DNA of 64,000 nt, from the NCBI GenBank assembly GCA_028534125.1, contig CM052818.1, forward strand, positions 34,784,001-34,848,000, written 5' to 3'. The notes beneath the pieces were generated by a model. That model was given only the letters and a program-made list of their open reading frames with translations, did no database searches and was not told the DNA's origin. Position numbers and translations under genes: made by a program. Source of the stretch: Lama glama. Lineage: Eukaryota. Positions 25,279-38,200 of the stretch are shown here, one piece after another; position 1 is the first letter of the stretch, and every line of letters starts with the position of its first letter.

Positions 25279-25597
25279 CTAAAACAAAAGCAAAATATCA
25301 TATAAAATTATCAATATAGGTTGCCAACTGATGACTTTTGTATCTTAAATGATATTATTATTCTAAAGGTAACAGTCTCAACTAGGTTATAGAAAACAGG
25401 TTATTTCGATGGGCCAAGACTCCTTCAAAAATAAACAAACAAAAAATCAACTCAAACAATAAGCTGTTGTTTCCAACAGCATTTTAAAAAGAATGTGAAT
25501 AGCTCAGTGGACTCCATCACCACTATGGTAAAAACAATCAAATGCAATACCATCTTCACAAGGAAAGGGCAGCATATTAGTTTCATTCAGAGCTTAC

Positions 25598-25687
25598 CTG
25601 TTCTCCTTTTCCTTTAGGGACAACTCTTTTATCATCCATATCACATTTGTTTCCTAGTAACATTCTTTCCACATCTTCGTTGGCATG
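25598..25687 (-). CDS. RAB10: RAB10 coding exon 4 (90 bp): [30 protein letters not shown]
   Basis: Manual translation shows the GNKCD G4 motif. TTTTAG acceptor, CAG|GTAAG donor, phase 0 at both ends. Confidence 0.97.
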
Positions 25688-25780
25688 CTAAAATGAAATA
25701 AAAAATTAATTTACATACTACCATGAATTATGGCTTAATAAAAATGACTTTTTCTCAATTTATGGTGTCATTTCTTCTCT

Positions 25781-25872
25781 TTTTTTTTTTTTAAATAGAG
25801 GCACTGGGGATTGAACCCAGGACCCCATGCATGCTAAGCATGCACTCTACCACTGAGCTATACTCCCTCCCC
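25781..25872 (-). mobile_element. tRNA-Ala-derived SINE (Vic-1-like) in RAB10 intron 3
   Basis: Reverse complement reads TAGCTCAGTGGTAGAGTGCATGCTTAGCATGCATGGGGTCCTGGGTTCAATCCCCAG plus A tail. Confidence 0.9.
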
Positions 25873-26279
25873 ACTTCAGTCATCTATAGTCTGAAAGTTT
25901 TAAAGCAGTCATCTTGAAACCATATGCTAAAAGCCTATACAAATTCTTAAACTATCTAGAAAAATAAACACAATTCCTAAGGCATATCCCTGGTCAAATA
26001 TTACTTGCCCCCTATAGAAGGCTGTCTAGTTTCTAGTTATGTTCTCAACAAAAGAGAGGATATATGCAAAAGATTTGAAACTGTAATTTCTTACCCATAA
26101 TCTAAACCTAAGCTGGATCATGATTCTGGATAATGTGTATTACCCTATTAAGAAGACTTAATTAAAAATTTTACAAAGCCCTTAAAGTCTCAAAAAGCTA
26201 TACTGCCAGGAGATCTCATGCACAAACATCAGTTAAAATAAATGTGTGCTCCACCAAAGTACTACATCTTCTGCAGAAA

Positions 26280-27500
26280 AAGAAAAATCCATCTCTAAAA
26301 TTGGTATGAATTTCAAGGGACCCTGAACAGCCAAAACGATCTTGAAAAGAAGTATGGAAGATGCATACTTAACTGATTTCAAAACTTACTACAAAGCTAC
26401 AGTAATCAGAACAGTGTGTTACTGGCATAAAAACAGATATGGACAAATGGAACAGAATAGAGTCCAGAAACAAACCCTCGTATACACCATCAAGTGATTT
26501 CCAAGAAGAGTGCCAAGACCATTCAATGGGGAAAAGGATAGTCTTCCCAACAGATGGTGTTGAGAATACAGACATCAACATGCAAAAGAATGAAGATGGA
26601 GCTTTGACTAATACCATATACAAAAATGAACTCAAAATGGATCAAAGACCTAAATATAAGACCCAGAACTAGTAAACTCATAGAAGAAAACATAAGGAAA
26701 AAGTTTTATGACACTGGACTTGGCAATGAATTCTTAGGTATGACACCAAAAGCACAGGCAATGAAAGAGAAAAAAATTCAAAATAATTAGATCTTCTTTA
26801 ATTCCTTTTAACAACATTTTATGGTTTTCAAAATGTATAAGCCTTGTACTTCTTTGGTTAAATTTTTCATTTCTTTTTCTCTTTCTGATGTTATTGTAAA
26901 TGAAATTATATTCTTAATTTCATTTTTGGATTATTCACTGCTAGTGTATAGAAATACAACTGATTTTTGTATACTGATATTTGTTTCCTGCAACCTAATT
27001 GAACTTCTTTGTTATTAGTTCTAATAGTTTCGTTTTTTGGTGGATGTGTGTGGATTCCTTAGGATTTTCTACATACAAGATCACATCATTTACAAATACA
27101 GCTTTACCTTTCAATCTGGGTGCCCCCCTCCTTTTTTCCTGTGCTTAAATGCCCTGGCTAGAACCTCCAGTATAGTGTTAAACAGTAGTAGCCAGAGCTG
27201 GCATCCTAATCATGTTCTTGATTATAGGGAGCAGGTATGATGCTGGCTGTGGGACTTTCACAGACATCTTTCATTAGGCTAAGGAAGTTCTCTCTATTTT
27301 TAGTTTGTTCAGTGTTTTTTATCACGAAAGGGTGCCTGATTTTGTCAAATTGTTCTTTGGGTGTCTGTTCACGTGATCATATGTTTTTTGTCTTTTATTA
27401 ATATGGTGTATTACACTGACTGATTCATATGCTGCATCCTGAGGTAAATTCCTCTTGATCACCATATATAAGCTTTTCTTAAATGCTACTGGATCAATTC
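26280..27500. mobile_element. L1 ORF2 fragments: plus strand 26280-26780, minus strand 26785-27500
   Basis: ORF 26439..26672 (MDKWNRIES...) is ORF2-like; the antisense part encodes an earlier ORF2 region. Confidence 0.85.
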
Positions 27501-27657
27501 AGCTATTAAAATTTTAATTTCTATAACAAAGTGAAAATTAGCCAAAGTCAATCTCATATCAGAAGAAGGTTTTTTTTTAATGGCTGGGTTTTATGTATCT
27601 TAGTTCTCATGCAGAGAAGCTTAAGCCATCCAGCCTATCAAGTTAAATGTATATGCC

Positions 27658-28749
27658 TGTGGCATAATAAAAACATATTTTTGGTCTTTGTCTTCATTCC
27701 TAGCACAGAGCTCCTAATTTCGTGAGTGATAAGAGTGTATCTTTTGTTATTCATAACAATCTGTTTTCTATTAACCTAAATTTATGCTAATGAAGGACTC
27801 ATGGCAGGGTCCCTACAGAGCTTCATAATAGAGGCTGGTCACCAAAAGAACCAAACACTGAGGGTTGGAACTTTCAGACCCACATCCCAGGAAGTGAAGG
27901 TGGCTAGAGATTAAGTTCAATTACCAGAGGCCAATGATTTAATTAACCATGACTATGTAATGAAGCTCCCATTAAAACCTGGAAACAATGAAGCTGAGGT
28001 ATCTTCCAGGTTGGGAAACACATCAAGGTGCCAAGAGGACTTGTGGTTGCCGGGGGGATAAATTTGGAGATTAAGATTGGCAGATACTAACTACTATATA
28101 CAAAGTAGATAAACAACAAATTTCTACTGTATAGCACAGGGAACTATATTCAATATCTTGTATGAAACTATATTCAATATCTATAATGAAAAAGAATATG
28201 AAAATGAATGTATGTATATGTATGACTGAAACTTTACGCTACACACTAGAAATTGACACAACATTGTAAACTGACTATACTTCAATTAAAAAAAAAGTTG
28301 GGAATATTGATAAATAAAAAAACTAAATAAAAATAAAAATAAAAATAAAATAAAATAAAATAATTTAAAAAAAAAAAGGTGCCAAGGCAGTGACATGTCC
28401 AGAGACAGCCTGGAAGCTGTTTTCTAATCCTCATGCATTGCCCATGCATTTCTTCTATGTAGCTATTTCAGAACTGCATCCTTTACAACAAAATCATAAA
28501 TATAGTGTTACTGAGTTCTGAGAGTCATTTGAGTAAACTATCGAACTTGAAAATGGATCATGAGACCCCTGAAATTTGCAGCCAAGTCAGACAAAAGTGC
28601 AGGTAGTCTGGGGACACAAGACTTGCAAATGAAGTAAGGGCAATCTGTGGGTCTTAGACATGTGGAGTCTGATGCTAAGACTGAGTAGTTAGTGTCAGAA
28701 TAGTGTCAGGTGATATCACAGAATCGGAAAACTGGTTGTTGCTACAACA
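27658..28749 (+). mobile_element. MER21-like solo LTR interrupted by an L1 3' end
   Basis: TG start; GCACAGAGCTCCTAA and GCAGCCAAGTCAGACAAAAGTG motifs recalled from MER21; ends approximate. Confidence 0.7.
28036..28375 (+). mobile_element. 5'-truncated young L1 3' end with (TAAAA)n tail
   Basis: Perfect TSD AAGGTGCCAAG at 28025-28035 and 28376-28386. Confidence 0.88.
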
Positions 28750-29625
28750 CTGCATAGTCTCTATATAAACTGCTCTTATTACACATGCTACTTGGCTAAA
28801 CTATAAAATAAAGGCTAAGGCAATTAAAAACGGAGGCTTCTGCTTGTTTCTAAATCTGTGTCATTAACTGGTATTAAATACTAAAAGGCTTCTTGTAGAA
28901 ATGGAAAAGTTAGTCATGAGCCTTTAGGATTGCTACCACTGAAGATATTATTATCCTGGGTCTAATACTGGCTTAAGACTTGATCTTTGTGTATCCAGCC
29001 AAAACTTGCTTTTAAAAGTTAGCCTTAATGAAATTCAAAGCACAGAAGGCAGCAATAAGACATGAAAAGTAATTCCAACAAGAAGCTACCTATGCTGTAG
29101 CACAGAAACAGACGTGCTGACACACAACTTAACTTTATAAAAATTGACATCTTCACATGAAATGATATGGCACTATCTTCTTAGGTTTTTACCACATTAG
29201 TACTCTGTATATTTCAAAATGTCTAGAAGTGATATGACATTTTTATAACTTAAAAATATATTTTTTAAATTACTATCGAAAATGTAATTCATTCACTCAA
29301 TAAAAATTCACTGAGAAAGAATTCGTTTAGAGAGGTGTGTTAAACCACTGGTAGCTTCTATTTGGGGCCATCTTATAAGATCATTGTATAGAGTTTTAGG
29401 GTAATTTGGTAATTGCCTTGAATAGGATTCTAGACAGATCTGCCCAAAATTTTAAGAAAAGATAGGCCAAAAAGTAACAAAGCAACATTACCCTATAACA
29501 AGTAGAAATACTCAATAATAATGATAGTAGCACTATATCCTAAAGATCAATTAGAACACTTATTCTTCTTAACTAAGTGCACAAACGTGTGCTTATGTAG
29601 GGTTTATGCAATTTCTAGGTCTTAC

Positions 29626-29764
29626 CTCATCTATGTTTCTAAGCCATTTGCTGATGTTTTCAAAACTTTTACCATTGGTGATGTCATATACTAGCATGAT
29701 ACCCATTGCTCCTCTGTAGTAGGAGGTTGTGATGGTGTGAAATCGCTCCTGGCCTGCCGTATCC
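29626..29764 (-). CDS. RAB10: RAB10 coding exon 3 (139 bp): [46 protein letters not shown]
   Basis: Contained in ORF 29593..29781. Has the DTAGQE G3 motif and the Rab10-type FHTITT switch II (carrying the LRRK2-phosphorylated Thr73). TTTCAG acceptor, GTAAG donor. Confidence 0.98.
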
Positions 29765-30519
29765 CTGAAATAAACAGCCAATAATTTGTATTGAGCATTT
29801 GGATATTACTACATTCTAGATAAAGGGCAAGACAGTAGAACAGTTTGGTAAAACAGAGATTAAAATCCATTATATGACACAAAGCAAAACAGAACCATTA
29901 CTCAATTAATTCTTAAACAGTAAATAATTAAAGTTATTCATAAACATATGAATGCATACTTTTTAGTCTAAGGAAATTAACAACCTACCAATACTGGGTG
30001 AAAATCTGGAAGGGAAAACAGTCAAAAGTGACATAAAAAATTCTTGAAGTTATTTATGAATAATAAAATGAATACAAGTGTGATTTTAAAAAGTCGTCGA
30101 ATTCCATTTATCTAGTTCCATAATGTAATACAAAAGCATGTGGAATCTTTAGAACATTAAAGGGCTATATGATAGTATAAACAAGTTAACATTTAGAATC
30201 ATTTACAAGAAGCTGTGAAGATAACCTCATTTATGAATAACAAGACAAAAATATGTGAATAGCAGTATTTTTCAATGCCGGCTGGCCAAAGATTTAAGAG
30301 ACATATTTTGCTCCTGAAAACTTTCCCTCTTGTTTGCATCACTTCTTTTTATGGATCATTATAACTCGCATATATGCATATTTTAGTCTCCCCTATCTTT
30401 TCTTAAAAAGCAAAATTCAAACAAATAAAAAATTCCATTCTCAAATCTACAACCTCCTCCAACTAACACTGCACTACTCTGTTCTCCTTCCCAGCAAACT
30501 TAAAAAAACAAAAAAACTT

Positions 30520-32135
30520 TTATTTTAAAGTAACTATTGCCTCACAGAAAATTTCAAAACCAGTACAAAGAAGTCCTGTCTCCCCTTCACTCAGCTTTCC
30601 TCAATGGTAACATCTTACATCATAGTACAAAAGCAAAACCAGGGAATTCACATTGGTACAATCTATAGGCCTTATTTAGAGTTCACTTTTTTACATGTAC
30701 TTGGGTGTTCTCTGCAATTTTTTCAGGGGGTAAAGATCTATGTATTCACCATCACAAATACGACAGAAAACTGTTGTATCACTCCTCTCCCCCGCCACCC
30801 AAGTCCCTACACCCTGGCTAATAATCTGTCTTCCATTTCCATTTCCAGAATGTTATATAGAAGGAATCATGCAGAATGCAACCTTTTGAAATGGTCGTTT
30901 ACTTTTTCTAGCATAATGCTACTGAGATTTACCCAAGTTGTTGCATGTAATACTAGTCTGTTCCATTTTACTGTTGAGTAATAAATACTCCATGGTATGG
31001 ATGTATCACAATTTGTTTAATCACTCACCTGTGGAAGGACACGTGTTGTTTCCAGTTTTGGGCTATTACAAGTAAAGTTGATATGAATATTCATGTACAA
31101 AAGCTTCCATTTCTCTGAGATGAATACTCAGGAATGTTATTGCTGAGCCATGTGGTAAATATATGTTTAACTTTCTAAGAAACTGCCAAGCTTTTCTAGA
31201 GTGGCTATACCACTTTATATTCCCACTAGCAATGTATGAGAGATCCAGTTTCTTTGCATCCTCCTCAGCATTTGGTTTTCTCACTATATTTTAGTTGTTC
31301 TAACAGGGCACGTAGTGATAGCTCATCATTTTAATTTGTATTTCTCTATAGCTAATGATAAATATTTTTTCATGTAATTATCTGCCATCCATCTATTCTC
31401 GCTGGTGAAATGTCTATTTATATCTTCTGCCTATTTTCTAATTGGATAGTTTGCCTTAAAAAAAACAGAACTATTGAGTGTTGAGGGTTCTTTTTCATAC
31501 AAGTCCTCTGTCAGATATGTGGTTTGGAAATATTTTCTCCAAGTCTGTAACTAGTTTCTTTTGACAAAGTCTTTTGTAGAGCAAAAAATTTTTATTTTGT
31601 TGAAGTCCAATTTATTGATTTTTTACCTTTTAGGGTTGTGGTTTTAGTGTTATGTCTAAGAACTTTTCACCCAATCTTATGTCCCCCGAATTTTCTCCTA
31701 TGTTTTCTTCTAAGTCTGAAGGTTTTACATCTTATGTTTAAATTAACAATACAGTCTGAATTAATTTTAGCACAAAGTATCAATTTTAAGTAGAAGATCA
31801 CCTTTTTGCTCATGGATGCCCAATGCTCTAGCACCATTTGTTGAAAATGTTTTACAGAAATATCCTTTCTTCACTGAATTGCTTTTACACCTACGGCAAA
31901 AACCAGTAGGCCATGGTTCAATTTGTTTCTGGGTTTTTTATTGTTACAATGACCTGTGTATCTATGTCTCCGCCAATATGGCACTGTCTTGATTAACGTA
32001 GCTAAAAAAGTCTTAAAATCAGGTAGACTAGTTCCTCTCACTTATTTTTCTGTCAGAGTTATTTTAATTATTCTAGCATTTCCGTATACAATTTAGGACA
32101 AGCTTGTCTACACCTACAAAAAAAAAATCTTCCTA
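30520..32135 (-). mobile_element. Old LINE-1 3' portion
   Basis: Continuous antisense L1 3'UTR and ORF2-end motifs (e.g. GCACCATTTGTTGAAAA). Confidence 0.85.
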
Positions 32136-32519
32136 GCAAACTTCTTTAAATAGTTACCTCTAGTTTCTGCCTCTTCAAATTTATTCCTTAAAGAATTCTA
32201 ATCCAACTGCTATTACTACAATTCTACCAAGACTGCTCTTTCTAAGTCTCTGATTGGCAAAGCCAGTATCTAGTCCCTTTATACGTACAGTAATCATTCA
32301 GCAGGGTTCTACAGAGTTACCACTTCCTCTTGAAACATTTTATTCTCATGACTTTTCAGAAACCATGTTTCTGCTCATTCTCAGGATCTTTTTGCTAGCA
32401 TTCTAACATTCAGAGGTGTAGGAGATGACATTCTCTACACAGTAGCCAAAGTCATCTTCTTTAAATATAGTTTGATCTTATCATTTTTCTGCTTAAAAAT
32501 TTCCAATAGCTTCACTGGG

Positions 32520-33250
32520 GAAATAATGGAACTGAAACAACTGGCTATCTTTAAGCAAAAAAATGAAGTCAGACTCCACCTCATACCCTATACAGAAGTT
32601 AATTTAAAACAGATCTAAGACCTAAATGTAAGAGCTAAAATTCTAAAACTCTTATAAGAAAACATAGGGGGATATCTTCATGATCATAGCTTTGGCAACT
32701 GCTTCTCAGATACGCTGCACCAAAAGCACAAACAACGGGAAAGAAATAAGTAAACTGGGTCTCGTCAAAATTAAGAAGATCCGTAGTTCCACAGACACTA
32801 TCAAGAAAAAGAAAACCCACAAAAGGGAAAAAAAATTTGCAAATCATACACTGATAAGGTATATCCATACAATGGAATGTTATTCAGCCATAAAAAGTAA
32901 TGAAACATTCATATATGCTACAACATGGATGAGCCCTGATAACATTATGTTAAAGTGAAAGAAGCCAGACAGAAAAAAACACATTGTATAGTTCCACTTA
33001 TATGAAATGTCCTGAATAGAAAATCTACAGAGACAGAAAATAGGTTTAGTGGTTGCCCTGGCTGAAGGGTTTGGGCAGGATGGGCAGACTGCTAAAGGGT
33101 ATGGGGTTTCTTTCCAGGAGTATAAATATGTTCTCAAATTATGATAATGGTGAATATATTCTGTAAACATACTAAAAAACTATTTAATTGTACACTTTAT
33201 ATGAGAGAATTATAAGATATATAAATTATGTCTCAATAAAGCCATTACAA
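32520..33250 (+). mobile_element. LINE-1 3' fragments (L1MB-like)
   Basis: GACCTAAATGTAAGAGCTAAAA and CATACAATGGAATGTTATTCAGCCATAAAAAG motifs, ending CTCAATAAAGC. Confidence 0.85.
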
Positions 33251-34747
33251 AACAAACAAATGGAAAACATGACTAGGCTTAAAAAACAAACCAAAACTCC
33301 CAGTGGCAATTCATTATTACCAGGACCAATTCCAAAATTCTTATCCTGAAGTTTACAAAGTGCTACTGGATTTGCACTTTTCACCCAAATTCTGAGGCAC
33401 TCCTTTCCCTGACAGCTAGAGCCACATTTTTCTCATGTCCTCAAATTCACAAACTTGGCCCCACCTGAGAGCCTCTATACTCGCTTTGCCCACAGCCTAT
33501 ACATGATTGGCTCCTCATCTCTGCATTTGAACCATCACCTTATCAGTGAAGACTTCTCTGCCCATCCAATTTAAATAGTCATCCAGTCTCTCTCCATTCC
33601 ATCTCCTTACTTTACTTCTCTGCATATCACTTATTACAGAGTTATTCACTGCCTTCCATGCCCTCTAAAATACAAGTTCCATCAGAGATCTGTATTGTTC
33701 ACTGCAGAATCCACAGTATCTACATGGTGAGTAAGTACTCGAATGTCTGTTAATGAATCAGTATTTCAAAATCTTACCCAGCAGGTTCTTCATTAAATTT
33801 TAAAATCAAGGCACTCCAATCTAGTCACAGAACCCTTGAAAATATACATATTTTAAAAATAACGCTCACACGCCTAAAAATATGAGTAGCAAGGAATATA
33901 ACAGAACCACCAATACATCAATACTCCTTATACTTAATTGTGGTATGCATTACATGTTCACACATCTGCCATCTATTTATCCATCAATTCAAATATATAC
34001 CAAGTGTCTACTATGTGCTAGGCATTATGCAAGAATACATACAGAACATGGGTCTGGAGTCAGATCCAAGTTTATCCTCAGGTTCCAATCCTTTCAGCTG
34101 GGTGACCTTGAAGGTATTTAACTTTCCTGGATCTTTGGTTTTTTCACTCACAATTAGGAGGGATAACTGAAGTTATTTGTTACAGATAACCCCAAAGAAC
34201 CAATAGTATAAAAATATGCAGAGATGCAATAGTATCATTATAGTGACTCAAAATTCAATTGTGCTTTCAAAGATGTCCTAAATAATAACGATCTCTGTAG
34301 ATGCTCTACGTCTATGGTATGAAGAGCTCTCTCAAGTTAATACTTGTCTATGTTTAAGCTGTAATCAATATTGCCTCAAAAGGAAAACCCTGACTTTGCC
34401 TGAAGCCTATTTCTGCATAAAGGTAAAATAAAACGGTTTTTCATTAAGCCAAGTTAAAGATCTGGCTGGACTTTTCAATTTTCTTAAGAGAATCTCAGCC
34501 TTGTCACTTGCTCACTTCATGTCAAAGTATATGGATTTGCCCTTTAAAACAACACAAAAATCTCATTTATTCACTCTACCAGTATTTACTACTCTAGGCT
34601 CTAGAGAAAAAGCTGTAAACAGAGCAAAAATTCCTCCCTTATTAAAAGTCTATATTCTATTGGGGGTTGGGAAAGGAAGGAAGGAAGGAAGGAAGGAAGG
34701 AAGGAAGAGAGAAAGAAAAAGAAAGGGAAGGGAGGGAGGGAGGGAGA

Positions 34748-35247
34748 NNNNNNNNNNNNNNNNNNNNNNNNNNNNNNNNNNNNNNNNNNNNNNNNNNNNN
34801 NNNNNNNNNNNNNNNNNNNNNNNNNNNNNNNNNNNNNNNNNNNNNNNNNNNNNNNNNNNNNNNNNNNNNNNNNNNNNNNNNNNNNNNNNNNNNNNNNNNN
34901 NNNNNNNNNNNNNNNNNNNNNNNNNNNNNNNNNNNNNNNNNNNNNNNNNNNNNNNNNNNNNNNNNNNNNNNNNNNNNNNNNNNNNNNNNNNNNNNNNNNN
35001 NNNNNNNNNNNNNNNNNNNNNNNNNNNNNNNNNNNNNNNNNNNNNNNNNNNNNNNNNNNNNNNNNNNNNNNNNNNNNNNNNNNNNNNNNNNNNNNNNNNN
35101 NNNNNNNNNNNNNNNNNNNNNNNNNNNNNNNNNNNNNNNNNNNNNNNNNNNNNNNNNNNNNNNNNNNNNNNNNNNNNNNNNNNNNNNNNNNNNNNNNNNN
35201 NNNNNNNNNNNNNNNNNNNNNNNNNNNNNNNNNNNNNNNNNNNNNNN
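34748..35247. other. Assembly gap (500 N), preceded by a (GGAA)n/(GGGA)n tract at 34671-34747
   Basis: Seen directly; L2-like sequence lies on both sides. Confidence 0.99.
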
Positions 35248-38200
35248 AGAAATTTATTTCTGGAATTGCACTTCTTCAGGAGGAAAAGTGCCAAAAAGGC
35301 AAAAAGTAGAGAGACTAGGGACTGATATTGGGGATGGTGCAAGCAAATGAAATTGTAAACAAGGGAGAGGAAGTGAAGGGAATAAGGATGTGAGCCATAT
35401 AAATACCTGCAGTAACAGCGTTCCAAGAAGAGGGAAGAACAAGTGTGAAGGTTCTGAGGCATGGTTGAAGAACAGTAAGGAGATCAACGTGACTAGAATG
35501 GAATGAGTGAAGGCAGACTAGTAAGGAGATAGAGAGATGGGGAAGGGAGTGCAAATCGTATAGGATTTTATAGGCCTTGGCAAGGACCTCAGCTTTTCCT
35601 CTGAGTGAGATGGGAAGTCCATTGGAAGGTTTTACAAAAAGAAATAACCTCGTTTCAGAAAAGTTGTTCTGTCTACCATGTTAAAAATGGGTGTGTGTGT
35701 GCAAAAGCAGAGTTAGCAGGTAATGAAATATCTATCTAAAAACTGCCAAAAGAAATGTCATTTAACAAAAACCATCTAATTGACTCGGTCTCAATTCTAT
35801 GTTGTACACTTAAATTAGGTTAGATCAGTCAGAAGCTACACACACACACACACACACACGTACGTACGCACATACGTATATGTATGCATTTGTACTTATA
35901 TATGTTCTTAGACCACAATTTTTATCTCCATTACCTTTAATGTTTTGTCAACTAATTAGAAGCATTACAAGTAGCTTAATGAAAACTTACAGTGCATTAG
36001 TTATGATCTGTTCTTTCCACCTTTCTCTACATTATTTCTAAAAAGAATTAACAATACATTGTTGGTAGCCTTCCCTCCCTGACCCCATTTTTTTTTGTGT
36101 GTTGGCCACCAATCACCAAGAAATTTATAGGGAAATTTCACAAACTGACACAGCAAATGAGTTGTCCTCCAGGGATAGTATATTTACATCTTCATTTTTC
36201 TCAATTCTAAAATCTTGTTTTATTTTATTAATCTTACCCATTTAGTTACAAGTTGCCTTAAAAAAAGGTGTAATTATATATGCTCTCATGAAAAAAAAAC
36301 CATAAAAATGTGTCCTATCACAATAGACATAGTTTAGTTCTCTTCTGAATTGGTAAAAAGAAGTTTAAATCAACTAATAATTCTATCCCCTTAGAGAGGG
36401 GTTAAAGTTTCCTACCTAAAGTCCCAGCCAAAAATGCACTTGTCTAAGACAAAGAATGTACAGGACCTGGGTTTCCAATATCTAAGAGCTATAATGTAGA
36501 AGGGATACATTTCAATTTTGCATCTCAACCTCTGTCCTAAGTAATAAGAATTTAGGGAGAATATCTCCCACAGCATTCCACTATGAGTAACACCCTCAAC
36601 ACTTCTAGCTGTTACATGCTTCCTACTTCCTCATACATTCACATTATACAATTAGTAAATTATATACACACCAGTGTCAAATCCATGACTAAATTCTCCA
36701 CCAAGAAAGAACACACTGTAAAGAAACTACAATGGCATCTTGAGAGGAAATTTTATATTATAATGCTGGTTAGTTATGAAATACTAATATAAAAGACACT
36801 GAAATATTAATGACCCCTCCGAAAAGAAAGAAAATCATGGCAAGCTACTCCATCTGTGCTTTGATTTTTGTCTCCTCCATCTTCCAAAACCTCTTACACC
36901 CTAAGCTTGCTAACTTTTAAAATTATCGTTTTCCTTGATCCTCTTCATACCAGCTCCTACCAACTGTTAAGGCAGTCAACAATTTATTTCAAACCAGAAA
37001 CAGAGTTCCTGCCTCACTACCTTAAGGCTAACTGGTGACCCTTTGCTCAGGGTTAAAAATAGTCAAAGCTGCTTATTCATGCTCAAAACATTTTTAGGTT
37101 TGCATACACAAATACAGTCAGGTCTAAAGACAGCAGGTTGACACCAAGAAGCAAAAGCAGGTGTTAATTATCTGAAGAGCAATTAAACATTCCATATGTT
37201 CACATTATCTTTTTATGTCACGATATTACACAGGGTTTTGAGCCTGTTTTCAAAACCACTCACTTGGTTTTCCTTTTCTATTAAAATTTTTTTCTTCTCA
37301 GTCTACAAAGCATAATCACATTTCTGAAATTATAAACCAATGGCAACTGAATTTTCCTGACATAAAATAACAGATACCCAGCTGAGAGAATGCTGTAAAA
37401 CCCTTTTTTCCCCAACTGACATATAATGGAAGAAGTGATATTTTCCCAGGAACTAAAATAGCTTATTTCCTTAATTGTTAGTCCCACACGCAGGGTCAGG
37501 GAAGCTGTGTACTCTGGCTGCTATTATAACAGGTATTTTTAATCTCAGCAATGACAGCACTAGAACAGGCCAGAGACAACATTAATCTGCTCTGTAAGGC
37601 AGAGATCCCAAATTTATTAACTTTGTGCTTTTGGTAACATAATAAAGTTATTCCTCACATATATGCTATTTCTCTACACTCTAAACACCATGGGTTTAAA
37701 TTATGCTCATCTTCATCCCCCAAAAAGGGTCGTAGCATACGCACGAAAGGAAAAAATGGCCACAGAGGATGGAACAGAGCTGGTAAGAGGTCAGAAGGGG
37801 CAGTGGCCAAAACCTGGAGTTTTCAAATTTATTTCTGTTGAAATGGGAAGCCTCTGGAATGGAGTGGTACCTCAGAATGCTTAGTCTAGCTCCAGTTGGG
37901 TGGGTTGAGGGGGGTCTACAGGGCATGTACAAAGGTCCTAAATTGGAAAAGAGCTTGCTATGTTCATGGAATTGAAAGATCAGCTAGGGGTAGAGCGTAT
38001 ATACACAAGGGAGCAAAAAATAAGGTCAAATGGTGGGCGGGGGCCCACTCTAAGCTGCAGGAGTTTGGATTTGAAATTTGGACGTTCATTTGAAATATAA
38101 TGTAAAGTCAAAATGGTTATAAACAGGTGAAGGAATGACAACCATGATCAGTTTTACATTTGAAAAAGGTTTCTATGGCTGTCACATGGGAAAGTAATGG

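Noticed and set aside
34501..35462. The longest ORFs in the track (227-274 aa)
   Set aside because: Artefacts of reading through 500 N and a GGAA repeat.
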